A stretch of DNA of 64,000 nt, taken from NCBI RefSeq assembly GCF_009914755.1, contig NC_060944.1; one strand, given 5' to 3'. The notes below the pieces were generated by a model. It ran no database searches, was not told the DNA's origin, and was given only the letters and a program-made list of their open reading frames with translations. Shown piece by piece: positions 13,872-27,836 of the stretch. A program made the position numbers and the translations under genes. Source of the DNA: the human T2T-CHM13v2.0 reference genome, Homo sapiens. Position 1 is the stretch's first letter, and each line of letters starts with the position of its first letter.

Positions 13872-14632
13872 GTAAAAAAAGGAATGAACTTATTAGAGTT
13901 CCATTTTAATAATTTTAAGAATGTACTTATCTATCTTTGCATAAACAGTAAACCTAGGAATAAAGACACATCAAAATTAAAATTTTAGTGTTGTATCAAA
14001 ATAAATTCATGTTTTTAAAGATCTTCCTTGTTTTTTTTTAACTATCTTTTCCCATTGTTTAAAATGGGAATAGATGAAGTTAATTTTGATTCCATGTAGA
14101 AGATCCTTATTTCTCCTTCAAATTCCTAGTTAGGGTACGTTTATTATAATAGAAGGAAGTAAATTATCATCACAATTTAGACCATTTTGATATTGTTACT
14201 ATATGAAAAGTTTTCATATTATTTTACCTTAATTTAGATATTTGAGTACATACATCTCAGATACTATTCTAGGTGCCAATAATGTAGCAATGAACCAAAG
14301 AGACAAAAATCAATACCCTACATGCTAGCATGGGAGACAGACAAACAATATAAAAACAAAAAATGAAGTTAGATAATAAGAGTTAAAGAGACAATAAAGC
14401 AAGTCAAGGCCTTAGGGAGCTTAAACTCACATGATTACCAAGGAGTCTGTCTTTGTACAGTTTGTGATCTTTATATTTGTAACATATATCACAAGTTATA
14501 GAAATGTTTTATTCCCAAAATTGTACATAAAGTTCCTAAATTTATTTTCAACAATTTGGATAATTTCTTACTAGAAAGCATATCTTTTATAATATTTCAT
14601 TCACATGAATATGTTACATATTCTATACTTAT

Positions 14633-14761
14633 CTTTTGTATTAGTCCTTGTTTTATCATCGTTAGAAGTCCAGCTTGCCCCAATACACTGATATTTTTGC
14701 CACATCTTCCAACAGAAACCAAAATGGCTGAAACATTGTGGATATCCTCTTTATTAAGTTC
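14633..14761 (-). CDS. SYCP2: SYCP2 coding exon 3 (ELNKEDIHNVSAILVSVGRCGKNISVLGQAGLLTMIKQGLIQK), followed by an AT donor
   Basis: CAG acceptor, 129 nt, donor AAG|ATAAGT. Confidence 0.92.
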
Positions 14762-15583
14762 CTGAAATAAAAGGTATACATTAAAATTTCTGTAAACACA
14801 AAACAGTATGAAATAGACATTGTACAAGGAGTGTTACACATATATTTTAATCTTCACAAATCCTGAAAGATGGTCATTTTAATCATCTCTATATTGCAAC
14901 AGATGAAAATGTGGTTTAAGAATGTGACCTGCCCAAAGCCATACAGTCAGGGAATGACAAACTCAGGACAAAAATGGAAATCTGTATAAATCCAAGAAAC
15001 TTTATACTATGATACAATGAATCAGCAACTTTCCATTCTAAAAAGCTCCATGTATTTAACTAACAGAAACAAGAAATTTTTATTCAATTTCTTGGATTCA
15101 TAATGAATCTCAGATACTGGGGTAAGGGGATTATCAATAATCACCTTTTCTCATGTATGAAAATGCCTTAAATATGATTAAATTCAAAGTTTGGGGTGAT
15201 TTTTCTATGTTTTAGTTTTGACAGAAGTAGGCATTGCCTATGTAACATCAAGTATACACTGATAGGTTTTTTTTAAAAATCTATGAACTTGTTTAAACTT
15301 CAAAGAGCTAAAGTATTTTTTCCCCAGTTTCAGCCACAGTTAATAGTAAAGCCCTTGTGAACACATATTTTTGTATATTTTATTTGGGAAATGACATTCC
15401 AATGTGTTGAGATTCCTCAAACAAACAAACAATAATAAGCAAATGGTGAAATAAGCATTTATTTATATAATTATGACTGAGCTTGCCCAAGCCTATTCAT
15501 TTTTTTCTAATGGAGTACTTCCTTCTAAAACTAGAGTTCTATCTAATAATTGTAACAATCATTCAGCAAAAATGAATATTTAC

Positions 15584-15727
15584 CCTGCATATAAGGTTGT
15601 CCACCTTGTGGAAAAACTGTTTGCTGCATTTAATCTTCACATCTTCACAAATATCAATTTGCAAAAGTGTTTTCAAAGGTTTGAAATCATTTTTTCTTAA
15701 AGCATCATCAATGCATTTTTCCAACTG
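15584..15727 (-). CDS. SYCP2: SYCP2 coding exon 2 (QLEKCIDDALRKNDFKPLKTLLQIDICEDVKIKCSKQFFHKVDNLICR)
   Basis: TAG|CAG acceptor, GTAAAT donor, 144 nt. Confidence 0.95.
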
Positions 15728-16663
15728 CTAGAGAAATATATTTAATGGCACATACTGTATCAAAACCAAAATTAATTACCTTATGCAATCTAGTAATTTG
15801 AGAACCGTTTTCACATGAAAACTCTCAAATGAACTCATAAAATATTAATTCACGTATTTTTTAAAAATATGGCCACTATTAAATTTGGAACAACTGAATT
15901 AGAAATTACATTTCTTTGATAATATGATTAGAAAAAAATATTTTATTAATATTTCCAATTCATATCTTTTATTACTAAGGTCATCTTTATGTCAACCTCA
16001 ACAGAAACTTGATGAAAAAAGCAAAAAAATTTTAAAGTAACGAACACTTAAACCAAGAATAAAAGCCTAGCATACCTGACTACTAATCTCTTAACGGGGT
16101 TGAAATAGTAAAGAAAAAAATACATAAAGACAGGCAAAAGCACCTTTTAGAAATTATGCCAACTAACATAAATTAAGCATTACCATTATATAATATTTAT
16201 AACATTATTAAAATCTGCCATCCTTGCTATTAAAGTACAACTTCATTAATAACAAATGTTCATACTACAACCTGATCACTAAACAGGTTTGGCTGTGAAC
16301 TGCATACATGTTGAATAGATTATTAACACTTACACTTTACCTAAATACACAATATCTTAACCTCTAAAACTTAATACAAAAATATCCAAGCATAAATTAT
16401 GCATGAATCAGTGCATAATTCTTTTCAATGTAAAAGGTAGGTATAAAGAATCAGCATTTTTAATACTTTATAAATATTCTTAACATAGCTTTTGCAAACA
16501 TCTAATGAATACATGAAAGGACACTTTATTTAAACTATTCTTGACCATTTCATAAAAACATGTAAGCTTTATCATTGCTAAAAACATAGCACTGAATACC
16601 TATAAGTAAACAAAAAGTGATTTTCAGAATGAAAATACTTACTTTTGGTCTAGGACTACATAC

Positions 16664-16687
16664 CTGGAGATCTGGTCTTATTGGCAT
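16664..16687 (-). CDS. SYCP2: SYCP2 first coding segment MPIRPDLQ (exon spans 16664-16733 including 5'UTR); synaptonemal complex protein 2
   Basis: ATG at 16687 (A at -3), CAG|GTATGT donor, TAG acceptor ending at 16734; matches recalled SYCP2 N-terminus. Confidence 0.93.
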
Positions 16688-17794
16688 TTTGACTTCATTT
16701 AAAAAAAAAAAAAAAGCAAGACAAAATAAACACCTATAAAAGAAAACATATATTTTCTGTATCTCACAATCTGTTTCATGTGTTTATCAGTTTAAATATC
16801 TTACACACATAAATATGCATTTGTTATTTATACCAAAGGCAACATTAACTTCCTCACTAAACACCTGTTTATTAAATTACACATTTGAATATGATCAAAT
16901 AAGTTTCTAGAGAAAAGCCTGAAGATCATTTAGTCAAGCTCTTCCTTTTTATAGATTACTTAAATTAATGTCAAATATCCTGCCAAAAGGTCACAAAGCT
17001 AGTTAGTGAAAGAATAACCTGGATCTCCCTTTCCAGTGATTCCCTGCTATACTTGTTCCACCTCTGAGAACAAGGAAAAAAAAAAACTCTTGAATTAATG
17101 TGCAAATGAAATTTGGGCTATTAATATTCAAGAAAGGAGGAATATGCAGATATACTAACAATGAACAGGATCAAAATATGCAAGGAAAGGAGTGAGGAAA
17201 AGATAACTCAAATGCATTTCATATGTCCACAAGAGTGTTCAGGAAAGAAAGAACTCCCAGTTTCTGGTTGAATGCTGAAATTAAGGTGAGGACCTCACTT
17301 TCCCAAAGTTATCTGGGTCCTTAAAGACCATGGGATGCAAATACAAATAACTGCCACAAATTAATATATTGCAATATGGCTAATAGAAAATATCCACCAG
17401 GTTCTAAAGAGAGATTCCATGCTTATGAAAACAGGACCAAAAATAGATTAAATCACTTCAAACAATCCTATCTTGTGTGTTTCTGACAAAGATCAAAGAT
17501 AAACGTCATTGATTCTCCCTGCCATGAACACCTAAGGAATTAACATTATTTTGGTCAAGAAAATGCAAATCATTGCTGTAGTCTTCCTCAAAGCTCTGTA
17601 TCCCTATTGTGTTTTGTAGAATATGCATAATTATTTGCCTGTCTTTTTTGGAACAAAGTACTAAGGTTATTCTGAGAGGAACCATGTGCCTGATAGTATT
17701 ATTCATTTATAAATAATAAAGTCTGATGATTATGTTTCTTACCATCTCATTTTAATAATTATGGGAATTTTTTTTTTAAATATTGTATGTTACA

Positions 17795-17990
17795 AAACTC
17801 CATGTCTACAAAAAAATTTTTTTTTAATTAGCTGGGTATAGTGGTGTGTGCCTGTAATCCCAGCTACTCTGGAGGCTGGGGTGAGAAATTGCTTGAGCCT
17901 AGAAGTTGAAGGTTACAGTGAGCTATGACTACAACACTGTACTCTAGCCTAGTCAAGAGAGGGAGACTCTGTCTCTAAAATAAACAAAAA
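17795..17990 (+). mobile_element. Partial old Alu (AluJ-like right arm)
   Basis: attagctgggtatagtggtgtgtgcctgtaatcccagctactc...gagactctgtctctaaaa. Confidence 0.75.
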
Positions 17991-18224
17991 GAATGCATGT
18001 CATCATTTCTAAGGTAACCACTAAATGAGTAGTGAAAGAATACGTAACTACTAAGCTAAGTGTGAGGAGGGAGGCTGTAATGTTTTCATTTTAATCAATC
18101 CAGAGAGAGAGAGAGAAACAGAAAGAGACCCAGAAGAAGAAAGAAAAACAGACAACACAAAGTAAGGTGATAGATTAAAAGTTACATCAATAATTACATT
18201 GAAAGTAAAATATATTAAATACTC

Positions 18225-18733
18225 TGAAGAAGTAAGAATGTCACCCTCCCAATATGCTGCTCTGACATATTGACTATTTTAAATTAAAGGCACTCAACAA
18301 AAAACAGCAGGTACAAGATCACTCCCACCTTCATTCTGTTTCCTAAAAGCAGGAAATGAAATTCCCATGTGAAAGATGTCCTCTCTATACCAAAAGAGAA
18401 GTAATCTTATAATTAAGGAGGGGAAGTTAAAATTAAGAAAATCTGTACAACCAAACTTTGTTAAACCCACTCCTATCTTCCTAGTCATTTCTCCACCCAA
18501 TTAACTACCCTAGCCTAAGGCCTCTTTGCCTTATCTTAGTTCACAACTTACTATTCTTTGTCCAATTCAGTATATAACTGACCCTAACTACTTCTTTGGG
18601 TCTTCATGTTCTTATGAGGGATCCTGTGTCATGTAAAACATGTATTAAAGAAATTTGTGTGTTTTTCTCCAGTTGATCTGTCTATGTCAATTTAACTCTA
18701 AAAGGGAAGAGGTAAAGTTTTGCCTCCCCTACA
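18225..18733 (+). mobile_element. ERV1 solo LTR (MER34/MER39-like) inserted in an old L1
   Basis: TG...CA termini, 4-bp TSD actc (18221-24, 18734-37); flanks rejoin into the L1 ORF2 start (aaatactccaattaaaaggcagattgtc). Confidence 0.75.
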
Positions 18734-18764
18734 ACTCCAATTAAAAGGCAGATTGTCCTCAAAG

Positions 18765-19640
18765 GATCAGTGCTTGAGGGATGGATACCCCATTCTCCAT
18801 AATGTGCTCATTTAACATTGCGTGCCTGTATCAAAACATCTTACATACTCCATTGACACCTACTATGTACCCACAAAAATTAAAAAGAAAAAAGTTGGAT
18901 TGTCGGGTAGGTTAATCATTTTTAAAACTATATGCTGTCCAAAAATATTATATTTTAAGAGATATACCTTAAATAAAGGGCTACAAAACAGTTGGAAATA
19001 AAAAGAAAAGATAGCTACCACACAAACAAAAGAAAGCTAATAAAACTATATTACTGTTGGATTTACCATAAAAGTCCAACACAGATGGTACTGAAAAGAG
19101 AATCCAGAAACAGACCTATACACATGACTTGACTTATGATCAAGGTAGAACATAAAGCAGTAAGGAAAGGGTAAGATAATCTTTTCAATTAATCTATACT
19201 GTTCAACTGGATGTTCATAAGAAATATAACAAAACCTCACTACTTCATACCATCTCATACCATATGCAAACACCATTTCCAGGTGGAATGAAAATTGAGA
19301 ACAATTAAGTTTCTAGAACATAATATATTAGAACATCTTCATGACCTGCAATAAGCAATAAGCAAGATTATAAAAAGCTCTAACCATAAAAGACAACTGA
19401 TAAGTTGGACAACCTTAAAATCAGAAACTCTTGTTCAATGAGAACACATGGATACAGGGAGGGGAACAACACACACTGGTGCCTGGTGGGGCAGCAGGAG
19501 GGAGAGCATTAGGAAAAATGGCTAATGCATGCTTAGTTTAATACTTACAGGTTGATAGGTGCAGCAAACCACCATGACACACATTTTCCTATGCAACAAA
19601 CCTGCACATCTTGCACATGTAGCCCAGAACTTAAAATAAC
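18765..19640 (+). mobile_element. Several L1 fragments (L1MA-like 3' end, L1M ORF2 piece, L1P-like 3' end)
   Basis: gatggataccccattctccataatgtg...; gagaacacatggatacagggaggggaacaacacacac...aacctgcacatcttgcacatgt. Confidence 0.75.
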
Positions 19641-20497
19641 CTATTGATTTTCTCAATCCATGAGCATAGGATTTAACAAAAGAAAGAACTCTGTTGGAAA
19701 ACATCATTGAGAGAACAAGGCAGGCCACACAGATGAAAGTATTTTTCTCTTGTACATTATTCACATGTGTGAATATTCACAACTGTTACTAAGTTATCTG
19801 GTTATCAGTTAATGTAAACATACTCTTGGAAACATGAACTGAATAAAAGGGTCCTATTTTGGCACCTCAGCCTATTTAATGTCATAGCCTCTGACCTTCC
19901 ACCTTCAAAAGAGTCTATAACTCTGACCAGTTGCCTCACTTGTTAACGTATTGCCCTGGTAACAAGGTTATAATTGACATCTTTGATTCCTAAATGTTTT
20001 AAATAGAGGGAAGATTTCCTCATCAAACAGAGGATTACTGGGACTACTACTGCTCCCAAATGCATGTAGGTACTATAATTTATTATCAATCTGTTAGATT
20101 TCTTTTTTTAAGAAAACCAGAAGTTCATGAGTGTTCATTTAGATGAAGTGAAGCAGAACAATACTGCCTGCTTTAAAACCTCACTAGTTTGTCAAAACCT
20201 CACAGAGAACTGTGGAAATAATAGCTCTGAATTTATGTTTGTCTATAGGCTCAGAATTCTTCCTAACCCCACCTCCTAGTATTAAGGAAACAAACTTTAG
20301 AAGTAACAAAAGCAGCTTCCATTCAGGAATCTGCTGGGAGACAGTCTCCAGCCAAAACAAATATGGATTGAAGGAGGAACCTTCTCCTGTAAGACAGGTT
20401 TCATAAATCCAATAAATTCCATAAGGGATGGAATTGTGCCAACTGCCTCTGTAACAAGAAGAAAAATGTTTGCTCACAGCTATGTGTGGACTCTCAC

Positions 20498-20951
20498 TGT
20501 ATTAATTTCCTAGGGTTGCCTTAACAAAGTGCCACAAACTGGATGGCTTAGAACAGCAGAAATTATCTCAGTGTGGAGGCAAGACGTCTAAAGTAAAGGG
20601 GTCAGTAGGATCATACTCCCTCTGAAAGTGCTGGAAGAAGGATCTTTAAGCTTCTGGTAGCTGCCGACATTCTTTGACTTGTGGCAGTATAAATCCACTC
20701 TCTGCCTCCTTTATCACATGGTATTCTTCCTTTTACTTTTCACATTGTCTTCTATGCATATCTGTATCCAAATTTCCCCTTTTTATAAATATATATTGGG
20801 TTAGGGCCCACCCTAATAACTTAAATAATAAGTTAATAACTTAACTTGGTTAAATGCAAAAGACCCTATTTCCAGAAAAGGTCACATTCTGAGATACTGG
20901 GAATTAGAATCTCACATATCTTTTTAGGGGAACACAATTCAACCCATAACA
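20498..20951 (-). mobile_element. MLT1 (MaLR) solo LTR
   Basis: tgtattaatttcctagggttgcc...acaattcaacccataaca; near-TSD ctcac/gtcac. Confidence 0.85.
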
Positions 20952-22489
20952 GTCACTACATAAAGCCCAAACTTAATATTGGAATGCCAAAAACATGGGA
21001 TTCAAAGAAGAAATAAAAGTTGAGGTTTTGAATGTACTGGGTGGGGAAGGAAAACATGTCATATAAGAGCTAGTAACCAGGGCAGCCTGGGTTACCCCCT
21101 TGCACATAAGGCAGCAATGCCATTACAGGGTGACATAATTATAGAAATTTTCCTCAAATGTAGTGCCAAAATTAGCCTCTTGCTGAAATATTTTCTCCAT
21201 TTCAATTAAAGTGAAACAAGTCAGATTCTGGATAACTGACAGAGACTGGTCTACTGGAAATATATACCAGAACTTTGGCATTGGACAAACAGTTTCTGAG
21301 AACATATAACTGGTACTTCCTTTCCATGGAAAACAGCTGAAGCTACAGCTGATGAAAGAACTCCAACTCCACCAAAGAATCTGACTGCACTTGAACGTAA
21401 TGAGATTTGTTGAGAATGTGTCTTTGGGACTTAAAAGTTTTGGCCTTTAGACTTTTAAATTCAGAAGCACAAAAAAAGGATTCTGGACACTTAAATCTTT
21501 CAGTCCTTGGTCTTTAACTTGTAAAGGGTTTTAATCTTGCAACCTTAATGTTCCCTGAGATGTTCAAAACAGAAAATCTTTACATTCAAATTTGTTGGCA
21601 TTTTACTGCTGAAACATCTTTATGTATTGCCAAATACCTTTGTTCAGTATAGTACATCAAAGGCTCTACCATATATCTAGAGATAATTTGGAATGGGAAG
21701 TAAAACAGTGACATTTCTGCCTCAGATATAGAGTGGCATTAGGTTTCAATTTTCTGTTCTAACCCAAAGTAGAATCTTCTTCCAGGGTCAACATCTAAAG
21801 TTCTTCCACAATCCAAAGAGAATACCCAAAAGAAGGTAATGGCCTCATGAAGAAAGGAAAAGAATCATCCAGATAAATCTCCTCCAAAAAACAGGTTAAT
21901 AATTAAGTGAACAAAAAGCTAGGAAATGTTAGAGAGAAATACCTTTTCCCTACTCCTAGCTTCCGTGAGAAAGACTGAGTATACCATCGGCCTCTCTCTA
22001 TTTCTTTAATTTACATCACCACTGAGGAGCTGGAAATATTTGATTGGTAAATTTGGGAAGGAAAATGAGCCAGGCTCAGCTCAGGCTCACCCTTTTGTTT
22101 ACATGAAAACTGAAAGAGGAGTTTCATGTTGTTTTCAGTTTTGTTCCTTCTGGAAGCTCTGCCCCTGTGAGAAAGTCAGTATTTTGTTCTGTCCTTTTTT
22201 TCTGGAGTCAATACAGTAAGCTTTCTCTTCCAGGGTGGAAGGTGAAAAATGCAGGGCTGGAAAGGTCTAACTCAATTACCTTGCAGTGCCTTGGGCAGTA
22301 AGTTTGCTCAATTCTGGAGCTCAGTATTAGCAAATTCACTAGGCCAACAACCTAAACTCACACCCATGAACCTAGCCAATATAGGACTAATGAAGGTTAC
22401 GTTTCTTTTCCTACTCTGTCAGAACCCAGGAAGAAAGAGGAATGCTGTTTATCAGAGGACCTTTGAGAGATTCCAGCGAGGCTCAACAT

Positions 22490-23960
22490 AAATATCTACA
22501 GTGTTCCTTTTTATATTAGCAATAATCAGACAATTGCATTTTTTAATATAAATAACTAAAATGAATAAATCTAACAAAAAGATCTTAACAAGAGATATGA
22601 ATACATGGAGTTGTTCCTATTCATTAATGGAAGGACTTAACATTATAAAACCATCAATGCTTCACTAAAATAAACATCTGAATTTCTAAACTCCAAAGCA
22701 ATTCCAGTAAAAATCACAAAATAATAATTTGAGAGATTTGGCTAATTCTTTTAAAACATGTATGGAGGAATAATGCTGCTCTAATACTAAAATAACTTTT
22801 AAAATATTAGAGAAGAAAAATCACCTTATTTGATATTAAAACATATTACAAAGTCACAAGAAATAACTATAAACAGTGAAGTATTAAGAATGGAAAACAA
22901 ATGGATCAATAAAACAAAACAGAATTCAAACACATAAGCATATATTGGAAGTTCATATTTGAGTCAGATGGTTTCGCAAATCGGGAAAGGTAAACTGGTC
23001 AATAAATGGTCTGGGAAAAGTGACTTGGCATGTGGAAAAAATAACATTAGAAATCTATTTTGCCATAAAAAAATAAGGTCTAGATAAATTAACTACATGA
23101 ATGTAAAAAGTAAATGTTTATAAACTATTAGCAGAAAATTCAGGAGGCTATCACTAAGATGTTCCAAGAGGAAAGAATTTAAAACAAATGCACAAAACAT
23201 AAAAAGTAATAGATTTTAACTTTTTGTGCATCACTGTTTGTAAAAGAGAGGCAGCATACTAGGAAGACATTTGCAATGGAATAAGAGACTAAGGATTAAC
23301 ATAAAAAGTATTATTATGAAGAACTTAACAAATCAAGGAGGAAAAAAAAGCAATAACCCAACAGCAAAAATGGAAAAGAAGAAGAGGTCATTCAGAAAGT
23401 AAAACTCAACTGGCTAATAAAGAAATGAAAATGCTACCTCCATGGTAATCAGAATGCTAGTAAAACAATAACCAGTCCCCTCTCCACCATCCACCATATT
23501 GGCAAAAACTAAAGAGACTGATACTACGAAGTCACAGTGGGAATAAAGGAAATTGGAAATCATGTATGTACTCCTGGTGGGAAGCAAATAACTGCACTTT
23601 GAAAAAGAGTTTGATAGCATTGGGTAAAAATGTAAACTTGAATACCATATGACACAGTAGTTCCACTTCTAATTTTACACTTTAGAGAAACTCAGAAGCA
23701 CAAAGGGAATATAAAAATATTTACTGAAGCATTTCTTCTAATATCAAGAAACTGAAAACTGCCTCTGTCAGTGTGTTGGGTGAGGAGGTAAACATGAAAT
23801 GTGGTGAGTGATGCAACTGAATTCAGTAGCTGAATATAATGAAGAAGATCTGTATCTCAGAATATGGTGCATCTCAAACACAATATAAAGCATAAAAAAT
23901 GCAGAATGAGATAATAGAAATTCTTTATGTAAAATCTAAAGTATACTTAATAAAGGCTTA
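22490..23960 (+). mobile_element. Highly diverged L1 (L1ME/MC-like) ORF2/3' fragment
   Basis: A-rich strand with L1-like motifs (caataaatggtctgggaaaa, ccatatgacacagtagttccacttcta); boundaries approximate. Confidence 0.6.
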
Positions 23961-25407
23961 TATGCACTGTTATTGATATGTGTATATCTGTGTAACACCA
24001 GAGGATACTTTATTAAAGAAGGATACAAATACTGGGCATATGAACATTGGATGATTTGCACAGGTAAAGAAAATAACCCTAGGGATAGGGAATAAAATGG
24101 ACCAAAAGACAAAAAAAAAAAGAGAATTTTAATTATTTATTTAGAGGAGTGTAGTAAAGCATGGTGTCTAGACTGAGAATACAATTGATTAAATTAACTT
24201 AATTCTGTTTCCTAAGGTTCAACATACACTCATATATACCCTTTCAATCACCACAACCATTAGGACAGAGCAAAAGGGGCCCCTGCTATGCGCTCTATAT
24301 AGTGTAATCTCTTTCTCACTATCTCTTATTACTGAGCACACAGGCATCTCTATTAGCTCAAAATCCAGGACTCAGCCCTACCCCCAGAAAGTCTATAACC
24401 ATGAACACATTATTCATTCTCATAACTCTATCTTTCAGGCCCCTGAACTTCCTTTGCCTATGCCTATGAAAGAAGAGGACTGCAATTAATTACACTATTC
24501 TGCTTACTTTACGTATGTCCGAATTTTCCATAATAATAAAAAAAAAATGCTTAAAGAAGTCGGGGAGTGTGAAGCCACAATTGAATACAGAGAAGGTTTC
24601 AGATTGTGCTAATGCTAACATTTTAGTCTCTGCTTCAGAACAAAGATAGCATGTGAGCAAGTGCTTAGGTAAGAGAAAAGAGATATTGTCAAATCCTTCC
24701 CCTGCAAAGCAAGAACACAGATGATTCTTGCATGACAAGATACTACTTCTTAACAGTGCCAAATGCCCATCTTCTTCCTTCTCTTTTTACTCCAATTTGT
24801 GACTCTAGAAATACTAGCAAATTAGTGCACAGTATTTGCAACAGTAGCACATGGTGGCTGAGGAACATTCTGTAGTAGTAAGCAATCTATATTAATATAT
24901 ATGTAGATCTAGACATGAACTACGTGAACATGATATGGACTCTTTAGACAGTAAGCAAACACTAAAATAGTGAATAAATGTATTGTTATAATATTTAATA
25001 ATATGCAATTATTCAAAAATAAGCAATTCCGGTGTTATTAAAATTTTTTAAGGAAACAATTACAATTCTACAATAATTTTAATATTTAAGAATTTTTTAA
25101 AGAAAAATACTTTTTACACCTATTTTATGTTTGTGATATAAACCCAAATTTGATACATTTTGAGTATAACACATTTTGAGTAATTACAGTTTTAACCCTT
25201 AGATCATGGCTGTCAATAGTAAATAAGTAAAAGTCTTCATTATAACATGATTTTTAAAATAAAAATGAACTATATATAGTAACTTATGAATTATGTAAGT
25301 ATTTTATCACTTATTCAAAGATTACCAGTCCATCATCAGATATCCATAATAAATGCATTCAGTTATCTTTGGTACTTTTCAGGATTCAGTCATAAAAATA
25401 ATAGCCT

Positions 25408-25680
25408 TGGCTGGTGGCTTATGTCTGTAATGCTGGTGGCTAGCACTGTGGGAGGCCCAGGCAAGAGGACTGCTTGAGCCCAGGAGCTCCAGACCAGCAT
25501 GGGCAACATGGTGAGATCCTATTTCTACAAAAATAAAAGTTAGCCTGGCCTGGTGGATCGCAGCTGTGGTCTAGCTAATCAGGAGGCTGAAGTGAGGTCC
25601 AGGTTTCAGTGAGCCATGTTCACGCTACTGCACTCCCACCTCGGCGGCAGAGCAAGACCCTGTCTCAATAATAATCATCA
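25408..25680 (+). mobile_element. Diverged AluJ-like element
   Basis: ggactgcttgagcccaggagctccagaccagc...gagcaagaccctgtctc. Confidence 0.8.
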
Positions 25681-26333
25681 TAGCCATACATGTAGTTTTC
25701 TGTTTTGATGCAGTGAAGGTGTATTTGTGAAATTTGAGACTATTTTATTTTACAATGTGAAAACTTGATTTAAAACTTTAAATACTTAAAATATGTTGTG
25801 GGGGCTCCATTTATACTCTTACCCTAGGGCCAGCAACTGTTGAGGCAGGCTTGCCCATTAGCTATGCTTTATCTGTTTTCAGAACTAAAGCAATTTGAAA
25901 CAGTGTATTTTACAAAATGCCCTGAGACATTAATTACAGCACAGAAAAAAGTACAGCCAAAGAGGCACATAAAGCTAACAAGATGGTTTTAGTTTCTAAT
26001 CTACTTTTGCACGAAGTCAGTTGGGGAAAAACAAACCAAGGAAAGCAAACTGAATAATCAGGTTACACACACACACACACGCATGCCTCAAAGCTGAATG
26101 CATACAGGCCACAATAGAGTCAAAAGCACAGCACTATCCACAACATCAAACAAGTTAACATTTGCAAGTGAAAGAGAAGGCTAACTCTAAAAAGAAACAA
26201 AAGTTATACACTTATTTTTTCCAGCCTCATAAGGAAACAATTTAAAAGATCTTTAGGAACTACTACTATGTAACAGAACGACTTCGGAAACCGAGAACAG
26301 AATAATAATGTTTCAAGAGAAGCGTGGATTTAC

Positions 26334-26426
26334 CTGACAAGTAAGCAGGCTCTGGGCTCCAGTCTACTGAACTGGGGGACTGGTTAGCGAGCAACACAGA
26401 GAACTAGTAAGATGATGATTGTGTAT
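26334..26426 (-). other. SYCP2: SYCP2 non-coding 5'UTR exon 2 (putative)
   Basis: Long pyrimidine tract and tgcAG acceptor, CAG|GTAAAT donor, 93 nt, no ATG. Confidence 0.75.
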
Positions 26427-26665
26427 CTGCAGGCAGATAAAAGCGTTACGGATAAAAACAACAACAAAGAAAACAATTTGGCAGATGGGGGAGGCAAAGA
26501 TTTTCCCCCAAAGGAAAAACTGCTGAATGAATGCAAGCAGCAGTAGATAATTCAAAGTCCCCTCTGCCCTGGTAACTAACATAGCTAAGGTGTCCAAAAA
26601 GACATTAAAGGTGAATGAAGGGGAGGGAAGGCGTCCTCCTCCTCCCATCATTACTAAAAAATGTA

Positions 26666-27070
<405 letters not shown>

Positions 27071-27836
27071 TCAGGCCCAGCTGCGCGGAGGGGCTGGCGG
27101 CCTCAACCGCAAGGAGAGGCCGCAGGTGGGGACGGCGGGAGGGAGAGAAGGGACTGAAGGCGCCGAGCAGGAGGAAGGTTTTGCGCGCACTCCCTTCTTC
27201 CCTAAGTGGAACCGGCAGTGGCAACAACGAGGCCGAAGGCGAAGTCCCTGCTCCCACCGCCGGCACGGTGACCCTTTTCCCAGGGTCACCCCCGAACCAA
27301 CAAAGCACACACACACCCGAGATGCGCCCCAGGCCGCAGCGCCAACCCCCCTTCAGATGTCCCGGAGACAGGCGAGCAGCGGTCCCCAGGGCTCCCGTCG
27401 CCACCGCTTCTCCCGCACCCCTCAGCCTCCTCGGGCCGGCGACGCGCGCAGCCCCAGGCCTGCTCCCCGCTCGCCAAGCGCACCGCCCCGCGCCTCAGCC
27501 ACCTTGACCGAGTCGCCCACGCGCGGGGGCGGCTCCGAGCGCCCATTTCCCATCCCCGAGGCCGAGGCTGGCCAGGCAGGTGCTGATGGGGAGCCTCGCG
27601 CCTGCGCGAGCCACCCTCGCCGCGAACTCTGCACAGCCCACGCCCTGGCCCAGCCTCGGCGCCTCCCCTCCGCCCACTGCCGCAGAACCGCACCCCCTCC
27701 CCCTCGGCAGCTTCCACAACGGCTCCGCCTCAACCGTCGGAAGCTTCTCGCCTGCCGGCTTGAAAGGCCAAGCCGAAGCCCCACCCTCCCTCCGCGCCCC
27801 GCCGTGGGGGAAGCCCACCCAGGCACTCTGCTCAAC

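Noticed and set aside
13872-14632. Calling the AT-AC intron a minor-spliceosome (U12) intron
   Set aside because: Lacks the ATATCCTT donor and TCCTTAAC branch consensus
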